This document shows positions 20,455 to 30,826 of a DNA stretch of 64,000 nucleotides, piece after piece. The stretch comes from an uncultured Alphaproteobacteria bacterium (GTDB taxonomy: Bacteria > Pseudomonadota > Alphaproteobacteria > Rhodobacterales > Rhodobacteraceae): NCBI GenBank assembly GCA_913051655.1, contig CAJXHI010000006.1, positions 34,273 through 98,272 of the forward strand. The letters are read 5' to 3'. The notes under the pieces are model-generated. The model saw only the letters and a program-made list of their open reading frames with translations. It searched no databases and was not told the origin of the DNA. The translations under genes were made by a program, and so were the position numbers. Numbering within the stretch: the first letter of the stretch is position 1; each line of letters opens with the position of its first letter.

Positions 20455-21657
20455 TCAAACTCCCCCGAAGATGCGCTGATAGAGGGGATTAAACCCTATA
20501 CGATAAGCCAATTCTGCGGGGTCTTTCACATTCCACACCGCTAAATCCGCGCGATATCCTTCGATAATTAATCCCCGATCGCGTAGGCCAAGCGCCTGAG
20601 CAGCATGACGGGTGACACCAGAAAGTGCCTCTTCTGGCGTTAATCGAAAAATGGTGCAAGCCATATTCATCGTCAACAGAAGCGATGTCATGGGCGACGA
20701 GCCGGGGTTGGCATCACTTGCTAGAGCGATTGGTACATTATAAGCGCGAAAAAGATCAACAGGCGGCACATTCGTTTCGCGCAGAGTGTAGAATGCACCT
20801 GGCAAAAGCACCGCAACCATGTTGGCCGACGCCATGGCCGAAACTCCAGTTTCGTCAAGATATTCCAAATGATCCGCGGACAATGCCCCATACCGCGCAG
20901 CGAGTTGTGCCCCGCCAAGGTTCGACAGCTGTTCGGCATGAAGCTTGATTGGGATATTTAGACTTTGCGCCAAATCAAACAGGGGAACCAATTCTTCGGG
21001 TTGAAAAGCTATCCCCTCACAGAATGCGTCAACTATATCTACGAGACCATCTTCAACTGCAGCGCGCAACGTGGGAAGGCAGACTTCTGAAATATAATCC
21101 TTCGCACGACTTTTGTATTCCGCTGGTAATGCATGCGCACCAAGAAAACTTGTGATGACCTCCACAGGACGCATCTTTGCGATGCGGCGCGCAGTTCGCA
21201 GCATCTTCAGTTCTGTGTCTTGATCAAGCCCATAGCCTGATTTGATCTCAAGCGTGCCTACCCCTTCTGAAATGAGAGCATCAACGCGCGGAAGCGCTTC
21301 TTCTAACAACATATCTTCGCTTGCTACGCGAGTTGCAGAAACGGTGGAAATGATTCCACCACCCGCCTTTGCTATGGCTACATAACTTTTTCCGTTGAGG
21401 CGCATTTCAAATTCTTTGACGCGGTTTCCACCATGGACAATATGCGTGTGACAATCAATGAAGGAGGGCGTCACAAGGCGGCCACCAAGGTCTGTCATGG
21501 TGAACTTCGCGAAATCTTTGGGCAGGGCGGCATCATTACCAACCCATACAATATGCCCTTCTGCCATCGCAATCGCGCCCTTTTCTAATAAAACGTAATC
21601 ACTCTGTTTATCCGATATGCGCGCAATGCGGCAATTTCGTAAAACTCTTTTTCGCAC
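20455..21657 (-). CDS. hutI: imidazolonepropionase (HutI)
   Basis: 400-aa amidohydrolase ([12 protein letters not shown] metal-binding HxH). GTG start. First gene of hutI-H-U. Confidence 0.9.
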   Translation of the reverse strand: MRKRVLRNCRIARISDKQSDYVLLEKGAIAMAEGHIVWVGNDAALPKDFAKFTMTDLGGRLVTPSFIDCHTHIVHGGNRVKEFEMRLNGKSYVAIAKAGGGIISTVSATRVASEDMLLEEALPRVDALISEGVGTLEIKSGYGLDQDTELKMLRTARRIAKMRPVEVITSFLGAHALPAEYKSRAKDYISEVCLPTLRAAVEDGLVDIVDAFCEGIAFQPEELVPLFDLAQSLNIPIKLHAEQLSNLGGAQLAARYGALSADHLEYLDETGVSAMASANMVAVLLPGAFYTLRETNVPPVDLFRAYNVPIALASDANPGSSPMTSLLLTMNMACTIFRLTPEEALSGVTRHAAQALGLRDRGLIIEGYRADLAVWNVKDPAELAYRIGFNPLYQRIFGGV

Positions 21658-21718
21658 TCAATCCATCCTAACCGTTTTCACAACCTTGCATTTATTTTTG
21701 TATGTATTAATATTTATT

Positions 21719-21730
21719 ATGTCTATACAT
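21719..21730. promoter_or_regulatory. candidate HutC (GntR/HutC-subfamily) operator
   Basis: ATGTCTATACAT contains GTcTAtAC, which fits the GT-N-TA-N-AC core described for HutC-subfamily regulators. It lies in the AT-rich 87-nt divergent hutI/hutF gap, 15 nt before the hutF ATG. Confidence 0.45.
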
Positions 21731-21744
21731 ATTAAGGGATCATA

Positions 21745-23109
21745 ATGCAGGTTTTTGCAAATAACGCGCGGCTAAGCTCTGGTTGGGCAGCAAACGTAAG
21801 GATCAGCATTGAGCAGGGTGTCATCAACGCAATACATCCTCAAACGGCATTATCCCCAAAAGATCTGCACGTGGATACGCTCTTGCCTGCACTACCAAAT
21901 CTGCACAGCCACAGTTTCCAACGTGCCATGGCAGGCATGAGTGAATATCGTGCGAAAGATCGCGAAAGTTTCTGGACTTGGCGGGAGCTGCTGTATCGGT
22001 TTCTTGATCAGCTAGGTCCGGATGATTTCAAAGCTATCGCAGCAATGGCCTTTATGGAAATGCAAAAGGCAGGCTACGGATCAGTTGGCGAATTCCACTA
22101 TGTCCATCATCAACACCGAGGGCGCCCGTATGATGACATAGCGGAATTATCAATCCGCATCTTGGAAGCCGCTGCAGAGACCGGGATAGGATTGACCCAT
22201 CTGCCAGTGCTTTATTCCCATGGCGGTGTAAACGAAAAACCGCTTTCGGGTGGGCAGCTGCGCTTTGGAAATACGCTGGAGCAATATTACCAACTTTACG
22301 AAAGCTGCGCCCATCATTTTGGACAATTGCCGTCAGATGCCCGCCTTGGCATAGCAGCCCATTCTTTGCGCGCTGTCTCTGGTGCTAATCTGAGTGCATT
22401 GGCCAAAGAGTATGCCGATCACCCCCTCCATATTCATATCGCAGAACAAACCAAAGAAGTGGAAGAGATCACCGCTGCCTACGGCCTGTCCCCTGTCCAG
22501 TGGCTTTTGCAACATCAAGATGTATCCCCGCGCTGGTGTCTAATCCATGCAACCCATATGACGGATTCCGAAACCCGCGCGCTCGCGCAGACTGGCGCCA
22601 CTGTGGGTCTTTGCCCGATCACGGAGGCAAATCTTGGTGACGGGGTTTTCAAAGGCTCTCAATTTATCAGTGCAAATGGTACCTATGGTGTTGGGTCAGA
22701 TTCAAATATCAATATTTCCCTGATCGAAGAATTACGTACCTTGGAATATTCTCAGCGTCTATTTCACAAAGAACGCAACGTTATGGTGAATGGGATAGGT
22801 TCCACGGGAGAGGCTATCTACCTCTCAGCCGCCAAGGGCGGTGCACAGGCCCTTGGTCGGGCTTGTGGCAGTATCGATGTGGGTCAACTTGCCGATCTTG
22901 TGGCTATCGACAGCTATGATGCAGCCCTTTGTGCACTATCGCGAGATCAAATTTTGGATGGGCTAGTCTTTGCCGCTAAAGATCGTGCGGTGCGCGACGT
23001 TTGGAGTGCAGGGCGGCATATGGTCCGTGCAGGCCATCATGTGAATGAAAAGCGAATTACAGAGCGTTTTCGTGCAACAGTACTAAACCTAAAGGACCGC
23101 CTGAGATGA
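21745..23109 (+). CDS. hutF: formimidoylglutamate deiminase (HutF)
   Basis: 454-aa amidohydrolase-superfamily ORF (LPNLHSHSFQRAMAGMSE). It is divergent from hutIHU and translationally coupled (ATGA) to hutC. Confidence 0.8.
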   Translation: MQVFANNARLSSGWAANVRISIEQGVINAIHPQTALSPKDLHVDTLLPALPNLHSHSFQRAMAGMSEYRAKDRESFWTWRELLYRFLDQLGPDDFKAIAAMAFMEMQKAGYGSVGEFHYVHHQHRGRPYDDIAELSIRILEAAAETGIGLTHLPVLYSHGGVNEKPLSGGQLRFGNTLEQYYQLYESCAHHFGQLPSDARLGIAAHSLRAVSGANLSALAKEYADHPLHIHIAEQTKEVEEITAAYGLSPVQWLLQHQDVSPRWCLIHATHMTDSETRALAQTGATVGLCPITEANLGDGVFKGSQFISANGTYGVGSDSNINISLIEELRTLEYSQRLFHKERNVMVNGIGSTGEAIYLSAAKGGAQALGRACGSIDVGQLADLVAIDSYDAALCALSRDQILDGLVFAAKDRAVRDVWSAGRHMVRAGHHVNEKRITERFRATVLNLKDRLR

Positions 23110-23807
23110 GCACTGATCAAAAGACATCTTATCTCGACGTTAAAAATGTGATCCGGAGACGTATTCATGACACGGTTTGGGAACCTGGCTCATTAATGCC
23201 AGGTGAAGTTGAACTGTCGCAAGAATTTGGGTGCGCCCGCGCAACCGTGAACCGCGCTTTACGCGAATTGGCGCAAGACGGTATGATTGAACGCAAGCGC
23301 AAGGCCGGAACACGGATCAAATCCGCACCCACCCGTCACGCTAAATTTGTCATTCCACGTATAAGAGAAGAAATAGAAAGAATGGGTTTTGACTATCGCT
23401 ATGCCCTAATTGAACGGAAAGAGAAAACGATCCCCGATTGGCTATGTGCCCGTATCGGAGGAAAAGCAGGAGAGGACGTTCTTCATCTGCGATGCATGCA
23501 TTATGCCGGCAGCCGCGCGTTTCAATATGAGGATCGCTGGATCAATCTTGTATCAGCTCCCAAAGCCAGAGCTCAGACATTTCAAGACATCAATCCAAAC
23601 GAATGGCTTATCCGTGAGGTTCCATTTTCTGACGGAGAAGTGATATTATCAACCGTCAATGCAGATCAGATTATGTCCGAGATGTTGAATGTGTCTTTAG
23701 GTGCAGCGCTTTTCACGCTGGAGCGAATCACATGGTTAAAGGACATGCCTATGACCTTTGCCAAACTTTATTTTCACGCCGGATATCAAATGACAACGAG
23801 GCTCTAA
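23106..23807 (+). CDS. hutC: histidine utilisation repressor, GntR/HutC family
   Basis: 233-aa ORF with an N-terminal GntR winged helix (LPGEVELSQEFGCARATVNRALRELAQDGMIERKRKAGT) and a UTRA-type C-terminal half. Genomic context is hut. Confidence 0.8.
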   Translation: MSTDQKTSYLDVKNVIRRRIHDTVWEPGSLMPGEVELSQEFGCARATVNRALRELAQDGMIERKRKAGTRIKSAPTRHAKFVIPRIREEIERMGFDYRYALIERKEKTIPDWLCARIGGKAGEDVLHLRCMHYAGSRAFQYEDRWINLVSAPKARAQTFQDINPNEWLIREVPFSDGEVILSTVNADQIMSEMLNVSLGAALFTLERITWLKDMPMTFAKLYFHAGYQMTTRL

Positions 23808-25151
23808 AGACACTTTGTTCGACTTGGCAAACGTATCACAGAATTGCGGCAGCGCTCCAAACCTTGAAATGAAGACTTTGCACCAGAGACCTTTCACCAC
23901 CAATTTGAAGCGCGCCTTAAATAGGTTTAGTCCTGCGCGTATAATTATAATTGTACGCACACGTGCAGGCCAGGGATAAATTTCAATGTAAAGCATAAGG
24001 ATCGATGGTGTGCAGGTCGTATTGTGCAATAATGTATTAAAAATCCTTTTTAATGGAAAACCAATTCATCAAAGAGATTGGCAAGACCAGGAAAGCAGAC
24101 TTCATAATTGATCTAAATGTTTGTTTCGAGGCCAGCACTGATCGATGTCTATAGTGACGCATTTCAAAGATTTTTCATGGTCAGAGAGAGCGTTTTTTCA
24201 ATCGAAATAGCCATTCTTAAAAGTGATTTACAGCTTACGCCCAATGGGATTATGACAGTCTATCGTGCTGTAACGCCCGTCTTGAAACTAAACTTACGTA
24301 ACATTTACAGCTCCAGAAATTTTAATGGAGCGACTGCTGCAAGCTCACCTCGGTCAAGCGTTGAAAACTGCATTTAATTACGGTGGAAAACCTTCGCTTT
24401 TGAGGCTTCGGAAGCGTCAAATCAACATTTCTGGGACCACTTTTGCCTTCTATTACTTTTAACGGTCATAGTCCTGAGACGATGCAATCTTGTGCAGACG
24501 CTGAGCCACGTTAATTCACGAATAGAAACACACAACTCATTTCGCAATGTTGGAGCAAAGGCCTCTGAGTTTCCGATGTGAACCGCGGTCGCGAAGTCCG
24601 TCAAAGATAACCACGACTTCGTGGTCTTTCGCGCACCTAATATGCTAGGGGAAGTAAGTTATTTAGGATCAACAAATGTATCAGAAATGATTGCAGATTA
24701 ACTTTGCAATATTTCGGTTTTGATTTATTACTCACCTGCGACTCAAGCCGCGGTGTATCAATTTTCCTTTATTTAGAAACATCTCTGTCCAAATTCTAGT
24801 CGCTTATTTCTAATTGTCCCACACTGGCTTTGAAAATTTATGACTACGGCATCTATAACTTGAAAAATGCACCGATCTTATCCTTGTGGATTGGTGTGGC
24901 TTGCAAAGACCTGCAGTGCGCATAGCTCGCAGCAGCAGCACGCTCGCTTCTCAATCCCTTACATTTTGATTCGCTCAAAAGGCTGAATTGAGATCATATT
25001 TCGACAAGTATGGCAGTGATACCAGCAACTTTTCGCCGTTTGATAAACATTAATTTTTTAATACGCTTTGCTATTTGACCTTTTTTTGATTTGTAACATA
25101 ATAGGCTCTGGAATAAATTTCGCTTGTCTATGATGACACGGGGAAACATCG

Positions 25152-26573
25152 ATGAAGAAACTTCTGATCTTATCGTTGCTAGCGTTGCAGTACGCAGGCG
25201 CAAGCATTGTGTACGGGCAGAGCGGTACAATCGTGACTAAACAATATGATGACGGCGGTGTTTACGAAGGTACTTTTCGTGATGGAGTGCAGCATGGCAA
25301 AGGCACCTACCGGCTTCCAAATGGATATGAATACGTTGGCGATTGGTCTGACGGGGAGATCAAGGGCACTGGAACCGCAAAATTTCCTAACGGCTCAGTC
25401 TATCAGGGAACATTTGAAAAAGGCAAACCTCAAGGCATTGGAAAAATTATATTTGCAGATGGCAGCACTTACGAAGGGTCTTGGGTTGATGGGGAAATTT
25501 CCGGAAAAGGGATCGCGAATTATGCGAATGGGGCCCGTTATGAAGGCGGATTTGAACAGGCCAAACACCACGGCCGTGGCGTGATAACTAATACGGGCGG
25601 ATTTGTTTACGACGGCGATTGGGTCAATGGCGATAAACAAGGTTTTGCAAAAGTTACTTACCCGGATGGCGCTCTTTACGAAGGCGATATCGCGGGAGGA
25701 AAACGTCAGGGTTCTGGCAAGCTGAAAATGCCTAATGGTGTCGTGTTCGAAGGGCTTTGGGAAAACGGCCAAATTAATGGCATGGGCAAGCTTATTCAAC
25801 CCAATGGTGATACCTATGAGGGGATGCTGGTCAACGGCATTCGCGAAGGTGAAGGACGCGTCGTTTATGCTAATGGTGACATTTACGACGGGAATTTTGA
25901 AAAAGATCGGCCTGAGGGCCAAGGTACATTTACCGGTCAGGAAGGATATACTTACGTGGGCGGCTGGACTGACGGCAAGATGGAAGGCTCAGGCGAAGTC
26001 GTTTATCCTGATGGTTCAACCTATGTTGGCAACTTTACGGCGGGTATTGCCAACGGCAAAGGTAAAATCACTTATCCTGATGCAACCAACTATGAGGGTG
26101 ACTGGGTCAATGGTTTAATTGAAGGAGAAGGTGTAGCAACCTATCCAAATGGCATCACCTATAAAGGTGCGTTTAAGAATGCACGAATTCATGGTTTCGG
26201 CGTGATGACCTACAGAGATGGATATACCTATGAAGGCGAATGGAAGGAGGACCTCCGCCATGGAAAGGGAAAAGCAACCTTTCCTGACGGTATGATCTAT
26301 GAAGGCGAATATAAAAATAGCCAACGCCATGGCACCGGTAAAATCACTCTAGCTGACGGATTCAGTTATGAAGGTACATGGGAAAACGGTGAAATAAATG
26401 GTTTTGGCAAAGCAACCTATCCAAATGGCGACGTCTATGAAGGCAACTTCGTGAAAGGGAAGCGTCAAGGCGAAGGTACGATCACATTCGCCAGCGGCGA
26501 AGCAACCACCGGAGAGTGGAAAAATGGTGCTTTGGTGTCTTCGGAAACCGACGGTGTCGTAAAAGAAAATTGA
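25152..26573 (+). CDS. secreted MORN-repeat protein
   Basis: 473-aa ORF with a signal peptide (MKKLLILSLLALQYAGASIVYG). It is followed by 18-19 back-to-back 23-aa MORN units (Y-E/V/D-G-x-W/F-x-x-G-x-x-x-G-x-G). GGGGAA lies 6 nt before the ATG. Confidence 0.85.
   Translation: MKKLLILSLLALQYAGASIVYGQSGTIVTKQYDDGGVYEGTFRDGVQHGKGTYRLPNGYEYVGDWSDGEIKGTGTAKFPNGSVYQGTFEKGKPQGIGKIIFADGSTYEGSWVDGEISGKGIANYANGARYEGGFEQAKHHGRGVITNTGGFVYDGDWVNGDKQGFAKVTYPDGALYEGDIAGGKRQGSGKLKMPNGVVFEGLWENGQINGMGKLIQPNGDTYEGMLVNGIREGEGRVVYANGDIYDGNFEKDRPEGQGTFTGQEGYTYVGGWTDGKMEGSGEVVYPDGSTYVGNFTAGIANGKGKITYPDATNYEGDWVNGLIEGEGVATYPNGITYKGAFKNARIHGFGVMTYRDGYTYEGEWKEDLRHGKGKATFPDGMIYEGEYKNSQRHGTGKITLADGFSYEGTWENGEINGFGKATYPNGDVYEGNFVKGKRQGEGTITFASGEATTGEWKNGALVSSETDGVVKEN
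25254..26528 (+). repeat. 69-nt periodic coding repeat (MORN units)
   Basis: The period of 23 codons is visible throughout the ORF translation (VYEGTF, EYVGDW, VYQGTF, TYEGSW ... VYEGNF). The units are diverged at the DNA level. Confidence 0.8.
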
Positions 26574-26895
26574 TCCAGCTTGCTCTGTTGGGCGTCAGCC
26601 GTCAAATGTAATTAATAGAATTCAGACGCATATAAAATTTTCTCCGATCGAATTTTAGAGAACACAAATAACTTTCCCAGTATTAAATTTTTATCGAAGC
26701 GATACCAAACACAACTTTTTTTAGCTTAACAAAAACTATAGAGACCCAAGTAAAGATTGTTTAAACTCGATAGCAATATTTTAAATTTGAAGCCTCTCAG
26801 CAAGCGCGATTAGGGCCCTCTCAAGTTGTCGAGCAGGCCTAAAGTCGTAAATTAAATAGATGTTCTGTCGGGCCAAATTAATAACGGAGATATGC

Positions 26896-27432
26896 ATGCA
26901 ACCCTACGAAAAACTTAAAAAGGCTTACAGCATCCAAGTTGCAGAGAATCAGGCCTTTGTTCAGGAAAATTTCAACATAGCATCAAAGCTTGTAAATGAT
27001 TTGACTGCATTTTTGGCTTTACCAACGATTGCAGAAACCCCTGACATGCCGTCCATTCTACAATTTTTACGCCCCAAGCCCGAAGGTGGCTTTGCACCGG
27101 TTACGAAGTTAGAAGAAGCCGTACTAAGCTTTCCTGAAGGAAAATTTCAATTTGGACTTGGGCTTCTTCTCAAAGCTGACGGGAAGGTACCAAGTAAACA
27201 GATTGCAACATTCGCCTACAACTGTGATCGTACTGGCGATCAGATGACGATCTTTGTCTTGGGGCAATCATTCGACCTTAACTTCACCACCACAGACCTG
27301 CTGGACTTCCGACCTATTTCCATATTCGTCTTTGAAGAACTTCTTGAGGGTTTGAATTGGCGTATCAGCGATGAGGTGGAAAAAACCCGTGTCGGTTTTG
27401 ATGTAACCCCAGTGGACGCAGAGACTGCCTGA
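26896..27432 (+). CDS. hypothetical protein (no recognisable family)
   Basis: 178 aa result if it starts at ATG 26896, which has GGAG 6 nt upstream. The composition is acidic and protein-like, with no signal peptide or TM segment. Confidence 0.5.
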   Translation: MQPYEKLKKAYSIQVAENQAFVQENFNIASKLVNDLTAFLALPTIAETPDMPSILQFLRPKPEGGFAPVTKLEEAVLSFPEGKFQFGLGLLLKADGKVPSKQIATFAYNCDRTGDQMTIFVLGQSFDLNFTTTDLLDFRPISIFVFEELLEGLNWRISDEVEKTRVGFDVTPVDAETA

Positions 27433-27545
27433 CACTTGCCAGATATCGTAAGGACCCCCATAGAAAAGACAGCCCACAGCGCATTGACGCCAAGCTGCTC
27501 TCTCCCTAGGGTCGGCCCGAAGTATTAGAGAGCACCATAAAACCA

Positions 27546-29627
27546 ATGCAAATTAACGACGTTGTTTCGATTGAAACTTTAGACAATATCGCGCTGATTT
27601 GTCTGAATAACCCACCCGTGAACGTTGCCTCCCAAGCCTTACGCGTGGGTATTCAAAAGGCGGTGTCACAGGCAAATGTTGATGCAGAGATCGCCGTGAT
27701 TGCGATCTATGCAGCAGGACGAACCTTTGTCGCCGGCGCGGATATTAAGGAATTTGGTAAGCCACCGCTTGACCCGATGTTACCTGACCTGATCAACGAG
27801 ATCGAAGAAAGTGCAAAACCAGTTATAACAGTGCTTCATGGTACAGCCCTTGGTGGAGGTTTAGAAATAGCTCTCGGTGCGCATTTGCGCGTTGGATTGA
27901 ATGGGCTGAAATTAGGCTTGCCGGAAATTCACCTCGGATTACTTCCTGGTGCTGGTGGAACACAACGAACACCGCGTTTGATCGGCATCCCCGCAGCAAT
28001 AGAAATTATTTTATCTGGTCGCCACTTAGAAGCTAATGAAGCTCTGGGACTCGGTCTGCTTGATCGCCTTTCGGACGAATCCCCGAGAGAAGCAGCGATC
28101 ACTGCTGCCAAAGATGTCTTGTCCGGCACTATAAACCCAAGGCGAACGGATGAAATTGAGGTAAAGCCAGATCATGCGCATCTAGATGAAATGGAAGCAA
28201 AACTTGTGCAAACCCATTCGCATCTCGTGTCGCCTCATAAGTGTGTCGAGGCGGTCCGCGCCTCCACACTACCTGTGAATGAGGGTTTAAAAGTGGAACG
28301 TCAGGCTTTCTTTGAGTCCATGAATACGCCCCAACGAGCAGGGCTTATCCACGCCTTTTTCGGAGAACGCGCAGTCAGTAAAGTTTCAGAATTCAAGTCT
28401 ACTCCACGCGAAGTGGCCCAAGTGGGCGTCATAGGTGGTGGCACAATGGGCTCTGGCATCGCAACAGCATGCCTTTTGGCGGGGCTTCGGGTCATACTTG
28501 TTGAAACCACCGAGGAGGCGCTTGGCAGAGGAATCGCGACAATCCACAAAAACCTAGAAGGTGCACTTAAACGGGGAAAATTGGCTCAAGACAGATTTGA
28601 CGCCACAAAGGCAGCACTCAAGGGGGAGTTGCAACTAACGGCGCTTGATAATGTCGATCTGGCAATTGAGGCTGTCTTTGAAAATATGGATGTCAAAAAA
28701 GATATCTTTGGTCAGCTAGATAAGATTTGTGAGCCGGGGGTCATCCTTGCCAGCAACACATCGTACCTTGATCTGGATGAAATCGCCGCCACTACTTCGC
28801 GACCTGAAGATGTAATTGGGCTTCATTTCTTTTCACCAGCACATGTGATGCGTCTTTTGGAAATCGTTGTAGGTGCAAAAACCGATGAAAGTGTAATCGC
28901 CACCGGATTTGCTCTCGCCAAACGCCTGCGCAAAATTGGAGTAAAATCAGGCGTATGTGATGGATTTATCGGAAACAGAATTCTCGCCCACTATCGAAAA
29001 ACGGCGGCCTATCTTGTTCTAGATGGGGCCAGTCCGCAAGAAGTGGATCGAGCTCTAGAGGAGTTCGGATTTGCGATGGGACCCCATAAGGTAGGGGACC
29101 TCGCCGGGCTTGATATCGACTGGATGACCCGCCAGCGTAAGGCGGCAACACGCCCGGAAGAGGAGCGCTACTCCGGCCACGTCGCCGATAGGATTTGTGA
29201 AAATGGCTGGTTTGGGCGTAAATCAGGCAAGGGTTATTACCTCTACGAGAGCGCTAATATGCTGCCCAATCCTGAAGTGGAAACAATCGTCGCAGAAGAA
29301 CGCGAAAAGGCGGGCATCACCCCAAAACCAATTGCAGCCGCTGACATCGTAGATCGCTATATGACAGCAATGATCAGCGAAGCGGTGCGCACATTGGAAG
29401 ACAAAATCGCCGCAAGACCACTCGATATCGATATGGTGCTTCTGTTCGGCTATGGCTTCCCTCGGCATCTCGGCGGACCGATGCATTATGCTGATACTAT
29501 TGGCGCCAAGGAACTGATTAACCGCATCAAGACCTATGCCAAAGAAGATAGTTATTACTGGAGAGTCCCAGGGCTCTTGCGTCAAATGGCAGACGACGGA
29601 ACCACATTTGCAGATATGAACAGGTAG
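27546..29627 (+). CDS. bifunctional enoyl-CoA hydratase / 3-hydroxyacyl-CoA dehydrogenase (FadB/FadJ-like)
   Basis: 693-aa ORF with a crotonase N-domain (GRTFVAGADIKEF; GGGLEIALG) and an NAD-binding HAD domain (VIGGGTMGSGIA). Confidence 0.9.
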   Translation: MQINDVVSIETLDNIALICLNNPPVNVASQALRVGIQKAVSQANVDAEIAVIAIYAAGRTFVAGADIKEFGKPPLDPMLPDLINEIEESAKPVITVLHGTALGGGLEIALGAHLRVGLNGLKLGLPEIHLGLLPGAGGTQRTPRLIGIPAAIEIILSGRHLEANEALGLGLLDRLSDESPREAAITAAKDVLSGTINPRRTDEIEVKPDHAHLDEMEAKLVQTHSHLVSPHKCVEAVRASTLPVNEGLKVERQAFFESMNTPQRAGLIHAFFGERAVSKVSEFKSTPREVAQVGVIGGGTMGSGIATACLLAGLRVILVETTEEALGRGIATIHKNLEGALKRGKLAQDRFDATKAALKGELQLTALDNVDLAIEAVFENMDVKKDIFGQLDKICEPGVILASNTSYLDLDEIAATTSRPEDVIGLHFFSPAHVMRLLEIVVGAKTDESVIATGFALAKRLRKIGVKSGVCDGFIGNRILAHYRKTAAYLVLDGASPQEVDRALEEFGFAMGPHKVGDLAGLDIDWMTRQRKAATRPEEERYSGHVADRICENGWFGRKSGKGYYLYESANMLPNPEVETIVAEEREKAGITPKPIAAADIVDRYMTAMISEAVRTLEDKIAARPLDIDMVLLFGYGFPRHLGGPMHYADTIGAKELINRIKTYAKEDSYYWRVPGLLRQMADDGTTFADMNR

Positions 29628-29635
29628 AATGACAG

Positions 29636-30823
29636 ATGGACCTTAATTTCACGAGCGAAGAACGGGAATTTCAAAATGAAGTTCGCAGCTTTCTGTCTGG
29701 TAATCTACCAGAGTATATCGCTGCGGCCGTTCGTGCCAATCATGGTTTAACTAAAGACATGATGGATAAATGGCACACCATTTTGAACAAAAGAGGCTGG
29801 CTTGCGACAGTTTGGCCCAAAGAATTTGGCGGTCCAGGTTGGAGCCCCGTTCAGAAATACATTTTCGAAGAAGAGTGTTGCCGAGCCTATGCCCCGCGTA
29901 TTGTTCCATTTGGTACCAACATGTTAGGCCCTGTTTTGCAGAAATTTGGTAGTAGAGCTCAACGAGACGAATATTTACCACGCATTTTATCAGGCGAAGA
30001 TTGGTGGTGTCAGGGTTACTCCGAACCGGGTGCAGGATCTGACCTTGCCTCCCTAAAAACCCGTGCCGTTCTTGAGGGGGATGAATATGTTGTCAACGGA
30101 CAGAAAACTTGGACCACCCTTGGTCAGCATGCCAATAAGATATTCTGTCTCGTGCGCACGAGCACAGAGGGCAAACCCCAAGAAGGCATCAGTTTTCTTT
30201 TGGTCGATCTGAACACGCTCGGCATTGAAATGCGTCCCATCCGCCTGATCGAAGGAGGCTACGAAGTGAACGAAGTTTTTTTCACCAATGTACGTGTACC
30301 TGCTAAAAACCTTGTCGGACAGGAAAACAAAGGCTGGACCATCGCAAAATATCTTCTGAGCCACGAACGCACGGGTATTGCAGGAGTCGGATTTTCAATG
30401 CAGGCATTGGAAGAGGTTAAAGCCATCTCTGCGATGATCAAACGCGGCGCCAAACGGCTTATCGATGATCCGCTTTTTGCAGCGCGTCTTGCTTTGATTG
30501 AGATTGACTTGGAAGCCATGAAAATCACCAATTTGCGCATGCTGTTTCGCGCACAGGAACAAGGCGCACCAGGGCCTGAAACATCTATTTTGAAAATCAA
30601 AGGATCCGTCATAAATCAGGAATTAAAGGATCTGGCCCGTCGCGCACTTGGCCCATTAGCCTCCCCTTTCCCGGGACATGTCAATGACGGCAACCTTCTT
30701 TTTGGTCCGCCTGATACAGCCTTTAACGCGGCGTGCTATTTCAATAATCGCAAAACATCAATCTTCGGTGGGTCCAACGAAATTCAGCGTAATATACTCG
30801 TCAAAACCATTTTGGAGCTTTGA
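29636..30823 (+). CDS. acyl-CoA dehydrogenase
   Basis: 395-aa ORF with an ACAD fold (WCQGYSEPGAGSDLASL; IFGGSNEIQRNI C-terminus). Confidence 0.9.
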   Translation: MDLNFTSEEREFQNEVRSFLSGNLPEYIAAAVRANHGLTKDMMDKWHTILNKRGWLATVWPKEFGGPGWSPVQKYIFEEECCRAYAPRIVPFGTNMLGPVLQKFGSRAQRDEYLPRILSGEDWWCQGYSEPGAGSDLASLKTRAVLEGDEYVVNGQKTWTTLGQHANKIFCLVRTSTEGKPQEGISFLLVDLNTLGIEMRPIRLIEGGYEVNEVFFTNVRVPAKNLVGQENKGWTIAKYLLSHERTGIAGVGFSMQALEEVKAISAMIKRGAKRLIDDPLFAARLALIEIDLEAMKITNLRMLFRAQEQGAPGPETSILKIKGSVINQELKDLARRALGPLASPFPGHVNDGNLLFGPPDTAFNAACYFNNRKTSIFGGSNEIQRNILVKTILEL

Positions 30824-30826
30824 TTG

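Noticed and set aside
25254-26528. Regular ~69-nt periodicity that could be mistaken for a CRISPR or satellite array
   Set aside because: The periodicity is in-frame within a single long ORF and corresponds to 23-aa MORN units. There are no conserved direct repeats with unique spacers.
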